DNA of 64,000 bases, from NCBI GenBank assembly GCA_030141605.1, contig JAQGDQ010000021.1, positions 744,001 to 808,000 of the forward strand, in the 5' to 3' direction. The notes under the pieces were generated by a model. It saw nothing but the letters and a program-made list of their open reading frames with translations, was not told the origin of the DNA and did not search any database. Source of the stretch: Tubiluchus corallicola (lineage: Eukaryota; Animalia; Priapulida). This document shows positions 29,066 to 54,800 of this stretch, piece after piece (positions within the stretch are counted from its first letter, which is position 1; every line of letters starts with the position of its first letter). The position numbers were made by a program, and so were the translations under genes.

Positions 29066-29764
29066 GGCGAATGTAATAGTGGCACAGGAAAAAGGGCACA
29101 AATTTAAAAGTATTATGGCACATTATTAGTAAAACCAAAATCAGTAGGAAGCAAAACCGAAAATCCAAGACATTTTAGTCAGATTTTTTGAGAGGAAAAA
29201 GCATAAAACAAAGATCAACAGACAAATGGAACGTGGAACTAACCTGTAGACATTCTTCCTGGCGAAGGTATTTATTATCTTACCTTACCTTGTAACCATT
29301 TTCCTTTTCTTTCCAAGGAACCCCTCTTCTGTTATAAGAGCACTTATGAGTCCTCCACGAAGCACCCTGCAAACGCATTTTTGTGCATGGTGTTCTAACA
29401 ACGTTTGTGAAAAAATTTTGACAATTTTGACAAAACAACGGCGACGAAAACATGATCTCCTTGACAGATGTAATCATAATCGTAATTCACGAAACGTAGC
29501 TTTTGCGTAATACTGATAATTAGCAGAAACAAACAAATAAATAAACAAACAGACAAACAAACAAACGAGTAAACAAACAAACACCAGACCAACAAAGGGC
29601 GTTGAAATATAACCTTCTTTGTAGATATCAAAATAATTAAAATAATGATCCCTAACAGTAACCCTAACTCAAGCTCATACTTTATTTTGTGCGCTAGTTT
29701 TCCTCCTTTTCCATTTGTTACATTTTTCCAGTGCCATTTTTACTGTGGCATTTTACCGTGCACC
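29066..29764. mobile_element. MITE with subterminal inverted repeats and TAACCCT core
   Basis: Left GGCACAGGAAAAAGGGCAC repeats; right GTGCCATTTTTACTGTGGCATTTTACCGTGCACC; TA on both flanks; TAACCCTAAC at ~29659. Confidence 0.55.
29250..29635 (-). mobile_element. Helentron-associated (HINE/DINE-1-like) fragments nested in the MITE
   Basis: Degenerate TACCTCCGCCAAGGAGGTTATGTTTT-type motifs (reverse strand at ~29252-29270, ~29449-29474, ~29607-29630) followed by a (GTTT/GTCT)n tract and AGTATTACGCAAAAGCTAC. Confidence 0.5.
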
Positions 29765-31024
29765 TAGCCTGGTGGTTGCACTTGGTCTTTTTACCTTCCA
29801 TTAGTGGGTGCGAACGTGTGTGCTTTAAATAGTTTCTTATACAACTGGATATTTAGCTGAACCTATTTAAGGCAGGGTCTATTAATGTTGAGACAGGACC
29901 CGCGCCTTGCTTTCAAATACACAAAATCTCTGTGAATTGCCATGTGACTGCAATTGCACAAGTCAGATTTTCGGCTATTATGAGGAAATCGCTATTGTCA
30001 TGAGATTACTAACAGCTACCTGTTAAAACGAAAAACGACAGTGGAACTAATTGAGCAATTGAAAAAATAATTTATTAGTTTGATTTTTACTCTGGTCGGT
30101 TGAGCACGAATATATATGTTGCGAATTGCCATCCATTCAATATAATTTGATGTATTATGATCCGTTCATAGTATGATTGCTGGCAGTTATTGGAAGTCAA
30201 TCAACCTGCAGCAGTAGTAAATAATAATTCTTAAAATAACGAATTACATAGTCATTTTTCATTTGGACATGTTAGTGTAGGATTTGGCTCATTAAGAAAA
30301 CCGAAAAAGTGTTCTTCACTGCAGTTAGTAATTGGCCTAATATTTTTTTCTGTTGTATCACCTATAGTAGGCTCGTGTATACTCAGTGGAGATGTTACTG
30401 ACCGCTTGAAAAGTGGAAACTTTATTATTTGAATTATTTATGTTACATTAATTTCATACCTGTACCTTGGTTTGGAAACTTGCCATGAGCGAAAACAAGA
30501 GCCCGGCCCGACACTTTCGCCGCTAAGATTTCTGGTATTGTGCGTATTGCCCAGCGCCCGCTCAGCAACTCCTGCAACGAGGTACGGTCCGTTACGCTTA
30601 TTAGGGCTCCTGTACCCTTACTGCGTGCTTTGAATGATTTCTACGGTATAATTTTTTCAACTTATTAGTTATGCATTAAGCAGAACTAAAGTGTTGTGGC
30701 AGTTAAGCTAAACTATTAAAAATAAAATGCGGACTTATCTAAATGTAATACTATTTTTAAAACTTGCACTTATAAATGCCACTTTAGCTTTTATTTTTGC
30801 AACCGTAGCAAATTTCATTTACTCATTGTTTTATGCAATATATACTGACTAGTAACTACATATTGAGCCTATACGGCACACGAAATTATTCAAATTTGAA
30901 CTGCAACCCAAACGTTAACATTATTACATTTTTTGTTCTAGGCGGCTAATCCTTCAACCTAGCTGCCTTGAGCAGTAGAGTCACTAGGGCGAGGTGACTA
31001 TCTGAGTGGTTGCTGCGCATGATT

Positions 31025-31210
31025 AGCAACCGAAGTTAAGTAACGCCAAGCTTGGTCAATGAATGGACCACCTGGTTTAATACTGCTACACTGTCCGCAG
31101 GTATTTAATTTGTTGAGAGAGGATCCAAAGCTGACTGTGATACCTTCAGTCTACTGTCTCGTCTTAGAGAATTATCCTTCATAATGAAATAGATTCTGGT
31201 CCCGCCACCA
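31025..31210 (+). mobile_element. 5S-derived SINE-like copy
   Basis: ACCGAAGTTAAGTAACGCCAAGCTTGGTCAATGAATGGACCACCTGGTTTAATAC resembles 5S rRNA nt ~45-100; body shared with the 48478 copy. Confidence 0.55.
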
Positions 31211-32429
31211 TCTATTTCGACTATGCTGCCTTTAAGTAAAATTGTGTTGGGTGGGATCCTCACTTGTATAGTACTAAACTGCATAAAAGTAGCCTATTTT
31301 ATGTCCCGTTTGCATTCCAAAGTTATTTCGTACGTCGTGCTTTTCCATGAATCTAAGTGCTGTTGTATTTTTGTAGCTGCATTGTTATGGGACTCAGCAA
31401 GCGCAGCTTCCATTCTTGCGTCATTAGATTATCGAGTTTGTGGTTAATGTAATTATTTTATGTTCTTCGTTTATAGAGTAAGTTGGTATTTTCGGGTAGT
31501 AAAAATTGTAGATTATGCAATATTTATGAACACTTTTAACGATTAGACAAACAATTACATTACGCTCGCTCATTACTCGAACGTGCAGTAAAATTTGAAA
31601 AAAGAGGAGAGGTCACTAGACACTAGTTATTACTGTATCCCACAGTCCTACATTATGTTAATACCGATACTTAAGATTATTCGAGATTCTCTAGTTTTTT
31701 TCACTAATCAGATTGCTACTGTACCTACAACTTAAAGCGTTTCTTTGCTTAGCTAATTGTGTTAACATGCTAGTCATTTATAAAGTCACAAAGCTAGTAA
31801 ACTACTTATGGTCTGAGCTCATTTTCTACATTCTATAGCTCAGTAAACACATTGTTGTAGGTACAAAATGCCATTTATGTACAGCATTTTTGTGGTCATC
31901 TTAACGATTAACCTACAGTGTATAGAAGAGAGCACTACCTTTAATCGTCAGGATAATAGCGTCTTCCACTCTACCCTTGGACTGGTTTGTTACCCTTTGT
32001 GTCTTGGCCCCTTAGTTGTGTAATACACTATGTTATTCTGTATGTTCATGGCCCATGAAAGTGAAGTAAAATGGTAAAATAGTTGAGGGAAGTGATGTGG
32101 ATGAAATAGTAATTAATGGAACTCATTTGCCTTTGTACTGTTCTTTCATTTAAGAAAAACGACAAAACTTCCAGCTAATATTTTGTCTACAGGCTATGTT
32201 TTAGTGTATAGACAAAATGTCATTGTCTGAGAACGTAACGGTAAGACGTGTTGTATTCATTGTGGAGCACATACTTATGTAAACCTGTTAAGAGTTAGTA
32301 ATTTCATTATTTCACGTACACGTAGTTAGAAATCATTCGAGAAAATAATTTACAAACATTATGTGGGTACAGGAAGGCTCTCGAGATCTCAACAGCTATT
32401 TTCGTTTGCTGGTTTTCTAGTAAGTGCAA

Positions 32430-32580
32430 GATACAGTTGAATCCAAATAAAAAAGTCTCAGAACAAAAGTCATAGGAAAAAAGAAACGACACTAACCCTA
32501 CCCTAGCCAAAATTAATTGTGACTTTTTTCCTAATCAGAATTGCGACTTTTTTCCAGTGACTTTATTGCCAGTCAATCAG
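32430..32580. mobile_element. Small MITE with AAAAGTC/GACTTTT inverted subrepeats and TAACCCTACCCTA core
   Basis: AAAAAGTCTC and AAAAGTCATAGGAAAAAAG on the left; GTGACTTTTTTCC, GCGACTTTTTTCC and GTGACTTT on the right. Confidence 0.55.
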
Positions 32581-34769
32581 TCACCATACAGTTATATCGG
32601 TTCTGCGAAATTATCCGCACACTGAAGTTAAAGATGCACATGCACTGCAAATCTGTACAACCTTGACCTAACGCGACACCTATTAAACGACTGGCGTTAT
32701 TACGTCTTGAAAATAAAAAACTCTAGAAAACTTACACAATGCTTGTATCATCTCTGAAAGCTAAATGGATACACGCATCTTTTTTTGATGCACCGCTCAA
32801 AGCAAACAGTAGCGTTTACCTAGCTTCTGCTCAGCCTTATCTACATAAATAACGTGGGCAGTGGCCTAGAATGTGACAACGCTTCTATCTTGCTGGGCGT
32901 CCTAACCTAATTTCAGGTGGGGCAGCAGGAGAAATGCAAAAAGAGAGTCTGTTATGGTAAATTAAAATGTTTATTATGAAAATAATATTGTAAATGCAGC
33001 GCACTCCTATGGATTTGTCGATCTATGAAATTAAATGAATCATTTTTTGTATATTTACTTTTACGAGCAATTATTTGCCGTAGAAATGCAGACAAAGACA
33101 CATTTAAGGCAGAAATATTTAGGGTGAAACATTACACGAAAACAAAGCACGCAGAAGAATTTTTGCCTGAAGAGTAGGCTCTTTTTGATACAACCTCTTC
33201 TTTCTGATCGGCTGAGCAAAGTTTTGCGCCTGTACTCAACCTTGCTTTTCAGTTTATAATTGTCAAGTGTTATCATCAGTTGTAAAAGCATTGATAATGT
33301 GATGTACAAGGCATGTTTGGTTAGGTTTCCGTTGGACGCTTTAAGATTGAAAGTACCAGCTCACGTAGCAAGGATATATAACAATAATTGTAAATAGTTT
33401 GCTTGCTTATACATCAGCAGCAGAACCTCGTTAAAGTGAATTTATTGCTGGTGTGATTACTGCACCAGCATCTTAATCAGGTGTCCTAAACATTGTTGTG
33501 CAAGCGAGACAAACATGTCACAAAAACTTACTTCTATGAGCTCGTACTATCACTAGAATGTTATTGTGTATAAGTTTGTTCGACTTTTACCTGCATTTTC
33601 TGCGAGAAAATATGTTTGCATCTGTTATAGTGTCTAAAACCGACTGTTAATTTCTTGATGCGTTGATGGCAAAATGATTCTCTCTGGCACTGAGTTCAGG
33701 GGTGTGATTGTTAAAGTTTAAGTAACTATGCTTAATCTTTGGTTTTATTTTTGATATTGGTGATAGCCTAGATGTGAAGACTTTAAAACTATAATCTTTT
33801 CCAATATTGCTTAAGACCATAGTTATTACACGTGCACATTTTACTTTGCATATACGTGCTGTGACCGATTAATTTTGGAATGTGCTAAATAGGCTCCTCA
33901 GTCATGAAATTAGAAATGATCTGCTGGCATACGTGACTTAGTAATGACTATGTCGGTTAACAAAGTCGGCATGATCACTAAATCGTATGTTTGTTTTTTC
34001 TGTTTTATTTACAATTTTACATCATACGGTAGTAACGTGTAATATTAGAAGTAATATGGGATAGCTCAGTTTTATACGTTCATTTTGTGGGCTTGTCACG
34101 TTAAGCCTTCTGGTCATACATGTCAGAATGCTCATTATAGTGCTCTGTAATTGTCCTTTTCTTTCCTTCTTTGTAATTGTGAATGCATGATAAAAGGACG
34201 GACACATCGATCAAAACGAGTATTGGTATGTTACTTGGAATGCAGTTTAGCTTAGGGGCGAACTTCAACTCAACTAGGAAGAGGTTCGTTGGCTTGACGC
34301 GTGTTCGGTTTTTTATGTTTTATGGTTAAGTTAAGTGGCCGTTAATTTGTGGTAGACTTCTATTAAATAACATTTTCAGGTGACAAGCAACTATTCTCAG
34401 CGCCACATGCTTCATTATCTTTACTCGTGATAAATATCACCTTGAGCATTTAATTGTACATTTTAATGGCTCACTGATTACATGATTCAGAATCGTTAGC
34501 TCTCAGCAGATACATTGTTAGTTTTCTCTCTGTGTCTGTTGTAAGTACATTTTCTCGTAGTTAACTTTCTGGTTTCAATGCTAGTTTTGGGCCACACCTG
34601 GCAACATATGCTTTTTAGATAAATAAGTAGTATTAATTTTGACACTATAACACTTAAATGTGGCTATCTTATCATTAGTGTACTTAATTACTTATTTTCC
34701 ATTCATTTTCAGGTGATTTATGGATGCTGGTGAGGCTTGGTATTGTATTGGATAAGAACACCTATTCTG

Positions 34770-48936
<14,167 letters not shown>

Positions 48937-51163
48937 CATATCCTACATACAACTCAAAACAAATGGTGCTGCAAGAAAATCTAAATTCGAACAAATTATT
49001 TTGTTACGTTTTCTTAATTTTATTTAGACTGTTTGCATTCATTCATCTACGATTCTAGGTCTTCCATTGTATTCTGTGGGCATAACGAAGTTGAATGTAA
49101 TGGTATAAAATCAAAATTTAGTTGCTGCATGCTAAGTTAATATAAGGTGTGCATCTCAAAACTAATAACAGTTAATTGTTATTGTACTGGCTTCCTTCTT
49201 CTCAAACACTGTAAGCTGTTGTTTGATTTTGGTGGTAAATGGGACCAAACTGTATTATTTCTGAGAACTTATTTTATTTTTTGTTTTATAAAATGTCAAT
49301 TTTGATAATATAATATGCCATGCTAACTTGCTATAGAAAACGGTTAACAAAAACTTTTCTGTATTATTGAGACTTCAAATTGTTGCTTTTTTTCTCCTTT
49401 TAGCCGTACAGTTTATTTTTTTCATTGTGATTTTTTCTTTAAAAATTGACGTGCTTGTTTATTTGTGAAGATGTTTCCAGTACATACATATTTAGTACTA
49501 TATACTGTATGTTACATACATTTTAGTGTAAATTTGTAATTTTGCTTAAAGGTGTAACCTCGTGCATTTTAAGCACAGTACGCAAAATCTGGTTGTTTTT
49601 CTTTTAAAAAATGTTTACTTAAGTATTACATTCCGTATTTGGCAGCTGCTTTTTATCCATCATTTGAAATATTTATTTTTTATAAGATTGGGGTAATTAT
49701 GTATGCTTTAGATTAGTGCTCTCATTGTTTTGTAAATAACTACTGAAGAAGTCTGTTTTTATCATTAAACTATAATTTATTTTAACTTTAAATTAGTCCG
49801 ATTGGGTTAGTGTCATACTTATTTTTTTAATTTTTTATTTACATTAAATTGTTTTTATTATGAATATGTTGGAATTGCATGTCCAAAAACACTTGATTTC
49901 GCAAAGCATGAATGTGCACATCATGTTGTGTGGCTTGTGCCCAACACTAATGCGAGAAATTGTCGAAGCTGCTTTAGGAGATGGAACGTGAACAACCTCA
50001 GATACATTCCGAAATATAGGCTTGATTTGTAACTGTTTTGCTGGCAATAGCAGCTATTTTTAGTTGTGGTATCTTGTTTTTTTTTGCAAAAGAAAACAAT
50101 GTGGTTTTTGAGGCTATAAAAAAATCAAACATTTTTATTTGTATCATATTGTAATAACAATTATTCTATTGTTTAACTATTTATGTTGATGAATAAGAGA
50201 AGTTGTTTTGGTTAACTGTAAAAATGTCATTACTTATCCTTAGTACAAAAGCAGATTATAGATACCTTCGATTCAGGACTTAATTTTATTACTAAGTTGA
50301 TGTTTATTTGTGGGGAACATACCTGAAAATAATTATCGCTTTACTGTTTGTCTACTCTGTCAAACTTTTGTGTTAATGTGCTTCAGATGCTATTTGTACG
50401 TACTTAATACAACACATTCTTAGATATAATCGTGTGTTATGTTTTATTTTTACTATTACATATTGTATTTAACTGCAAAATTAAGTATAGCTACGACAAC
50501 CCATGAAGTGCAACACTAGGTGACATGTCACAAAACGACTGTTTCCTATTGCCAGCTCTGGTCTTGGACACAAAAATTAAGCATGTTTAAAAATTTATGT
50601 GCAAAAAAGTTGGTAAAATATTGTTTATGAGTGTGCACACAAGCAAAAGCTGTGCTGATTAACTTGTTGCTCAGACAGATTTTGCATCATGTGCAGGAAA
50701 TTTCTCATTATTCATAAAATGAATAATTTCTTAAAATAGAAGGTACACAGTAACCTGCATTTGTAACTGAAAAAAATCCCCTTTCTGAACATCTCGCATT
50801 TTAAAATCTCATTGTTCAAAATACTATTTAATGGAACAGTCACAGCACTACATGTGATAAATGTAAATGCCCTCATTATAATGCAGTTTTTTACTTCACA
50901 ACAGCATTAATTTATTTCTCATTACCTTTCGTTTTCAATACAGCTCGTGTGCTACACAGTTCTCTTTGCATCACTATTTTTTTCTAAAATAGTCAAAATT
51001 TAATGAATTAACAGTCAAATTTAACAATTTTAAAGGTCAAATACAGCGCACTACACAAAAACAGAAAGAACATGCCTTAACTAATATTTTCTGATACTTT
51101 TACCTTTTTCTTAGTGGTTTATATAAAAGGTGTGAACGTGTTATTTCCAAAGTCTGGAAGTTG

Positions 51164-51298
51164 ATTTCGTGTTTTCCTCACTAGATTACGCCAGCAGAAT
51201 TCAGTCCTTAGCAAAATGTGACACTTGATAACCAAATACAAATGCCATAACTAAGGACTGAATTCTGCTGGCGTAATCTAGCGAGGAAAACACGAAAT
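51164..51298. repeat. Inverted repeat, 48-bp arms (47/48 complementary), 39-nt spacer
   Basis: Arms at 51164-51211 and 51251-51298. Confidence 0.97.
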
Positions 51299-51666
51299 GT
51301 AGCATTATTAGAAATCTAGCGTCACAGAAATGACATTGTTAACACAGTTGTTTAGCATGTGATGGGGAAAAATGTAACGAGGCCCCGTTTCATTAGGAAG
51401 CTAGCCATGAAATTTAATAAAACTGGTGTCAAATTAAAGGAAACATGGAAATTAAAGGAAACTTTTTTTTACATTAAATTTGACCATTAATAAAGTAGAC
51501 ATGCCAGTTAAATAGCAAGTAATGCTGGCAAGTAAATAAGTGCTGCCTGCAGTTTACAAATGGCAGTGATATTCATTACATAATTTGACATCACTTGTAC
51601 ACTCCAATAACTTAGAATCCACAACTTCTGCAAATATGAACAAAATGTTTTAGAGAAACTGTTGCA

Positions 51667-51836
51667 TCAATGGCTGTGATCTTCAGAACGAGGGCGAGGC
51701 GCAGACTTGATTACATTGTCAACTCGTAGTATCATCTCTGCAGCTTCCGTAGCACTGGTGACCGCTTGTTTCTTGACCTGATACGATTCAGTAATGCCCA
51801 AAGCTTGCATGTCACCTATTATGCCATCGTTCATGT
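51667..51836 (-). CDS. CCT2: CCT2 terminal exon
   Basis: [15 protein letters not shown]...[26 protein letters not shown]. Confidence 0.95.
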
Positions 51837-54800
51837 CTGTGAACAAGAAAGTTGCACTTGTAATAATTTATCTTCATGTGGTAAATTAGATAAATTGGTG
51901 CACTATGCACAATCAGTCAAAAATCAATATCTGGGGAAAATATAAAAGCACTAATGTCTAATCATCTTGCTACCACTCAATAACTGACATAATGTATGTT
52001 ACAAAGCTAATTAGTCAATATACTAATATCAGGCTCCAGAAATTCAAAGTAAAAACACAAATCTCTATTCCTAGATCGGCTTACTTCTGGACACGATCTT
52101 AGTTTCTGCCTTGAATTACTTAGCTCGTATCTGAATGACTATCTTAGGAAATTCATGAAGCCATGCTTACCAAGGCCAGCTGTAACATTTCCCGACTTGT
52201 GTGCTGCTCGTAGCTCTGAAATTAACTGGGCACTGTCGTAGCCAGCATTGTCAGCTATTATCGTTGGAAGCTAAAAACAATATTATTTGAGTTATAAAAT
52301 AATTATATTACAATATTTATAGAAAAAATTAAATAAAATTCAAGAAAATGACTAGCGCAAGATAAGTTCAATTTTCACTACTTTTTGATGCTTAAGTTTG
52401 TCTTCTCACATACCGACTGTAACGCCTTCGCGTACGCCTCAATAGCCATTGATTCTTTACCAGGAATGCGACTAGCTAGCTCTCTTACTGCATTAGCCAT
52501 TAACATCTCTGAGCAACCTGCCAAAAGAAGTATAGAATCAATGTTATCATACAAATGAAATTAATAGAACAGACGACAACTCTTATTCCAGCTAAATGAT
52601 GGACAAATTACAGAATATGCAACTAAGAAAAATACTGTTAATTAGAAAATAGCATTGATTTTATAATGTTTCGTGTCACTGTTTTCCAGTGAAAGAACTC
52701 GTGTGTGTATAATCAATTATATATATACATATAAATCTTACCACCACCAAATACAGTGCGGGTTTCTTTGACAGTTTGTGTTAAAACACACAAAGCATCA
52801 TGCAGTGATCGTTCAGCTTCATCAAGAATTTGTTTCGTTGCACCTCGAAGAACGATAGTACATGCTTCTCCTAATGGAACGCCTGAAACACATGTAAATG
52901 ATAGCGTCTTGATGAAAGCGCAATCAAAGTCCGCAAACAGTTTCTGATAAAGCTTTGTTCCAAAATATTACATTTGAGCGTATCTTTCTGAAAATTATCA
53001 GGTCGTCTTTGGTCCACAAAATACCTTTTTAAATGTAATTATTATTAATTATGTAAGGAAAACGAAGATTATTTTCTTGCATATTTTTCAGGAAAACCGG
53101 TAATAAAAAAAACAAATGGTCTTACAAAATAAGTGCTATGGTTATATCTTTAACAGATATGTAAAAACATCATATTAATTCAATCTATTAAAAAGGTAGA
53201 TTTTCCCAGAAAGGGTAACATTAAGTTCTGCAAGGAAACAAACCATACTGAGACCTGAGATGAGCAAAAAGCCCTCATTAAACCAGCGAAGACTATCACT
53301 ACTGTTTTAAGAAATTTTGCTTTAGTTTGCAGTAATTTTGTTCCCAGACTGTCAAAGTAAGCAACGCAGAAAGAATAAAATGTCATATTTGCTTATCATT
53401 ATGTTTTGTAAAGACCTATCCTTTGGAGATACATACCTATGCAGTAAATAAATAATTATCTAAACATTTCCAAATAATTTTTTCTTCAAAGTTACTGCTT
53501 TCGTACTCTTATGACAGTTATCTGTAGTAATGGTACATAGAAACCAAATTTTATCTCACAATATCTACAAATAAAACTTATATAAATGGGGCCATAAATC
53601 TGTACAATCATATTCCAAAAGAAAAAAATAATACTTAATTTCTAAAAAAACATACTGAGGGTCCTTACCTAGATGTAAAGTAAAAAATTGTGCAAAAATA
53701 AGTAAAAAAAGTTGAAATTTTGTATCGCTTAAATACTGTATTACTGCATACAGAGTTTGTATTAGCCATAATGCTGTATAAAAGTTGTAAATTTAAATGT
53801 TAGACGCAGCCATTTTAACAATCAATCGATGAATAAGAAATTGAAGTAAGTTTAGATATCACTGTGTAAAGCCTAAAAAAATATTTTGTGCACTCACAAA
53901 TACACTTCACTAACTAAAAAAAGTATAAACTACTTTATCTTGTGAATAATATTAACAGTATGTTAATTGTGAGCCAGTGACATTTTAACAGTTGGCACGA
54001 ACATTTTAAATTACTAAGAATCTTCTTTTCCAGTTACATATGCCTTTGTAAAAAGGTAAGCATAAAGCTAAATAATATAACTTTGTGTGGTGCTTCAAAA
54101 AATATAAATTTATACCCTTTCAATGTTTCTTTGAAGTTACATCTTGTACGAACCCTGATTATATTTTCAAAAGTTTAAGAATGTACGTTTTCTTTTAGGA
54201 TGTGATTACACAGGTGTGAATTTTGTAGAATAGGTGTACGGACATCCTTATATAAGTTTTGTTTGCAGCTATTGTAAAACGAAATTTATTTTTAATGTAA
54301 TATTACTAAAGATAAGTTTCATGTGAATATGGAAGCGTCCAAAGTGATGACCTTCAAAACATCGTGGGTAATAAATTTTTAGATTATTTTGCTTCTGATG
54401 CCATTGGACATTTAAACATTGACATACCTGAAAACTTCAGAAGTTTGTCTTCCCCAATCATACACTCCTCAATGAGATCACATTGACCTAACTTCACTTT
54501 TTCTGGATTCCCAAATGTAGAAACTATTTCAGCTCCTGTAATGAGTAACATGGTTATGTATCACATTTCAAAAAAAGAACTTAACAGGGGATCTTTGTCT
54601 TCATTTACCTACAGAAAGAAATGCAAAATCTGATGATCAGTTTACTCAAAATCTAAGCCAGTAAACTTTGGGAATTGAATCATCCCTCGCAAATATTATC
54701 TTTTTTGAACTGTAGGCTAATTTAGGCACATTCTTAGAAAGTTATTCATTGGAACTTTCTTAAAAATGTAATAAGTGTGATTATTTTAACATAATATCTA

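Noticed and set aside
51905-51972. Possible C/D snoRNA on the - strand (AAGATGA...CTGA with a 4-bp stem)
   Set aside because: Only about 60 nt, non-consensus C box and no recognisable guide; similar weak pairs near 54637-54686 and 58550-58603 were also dropped.
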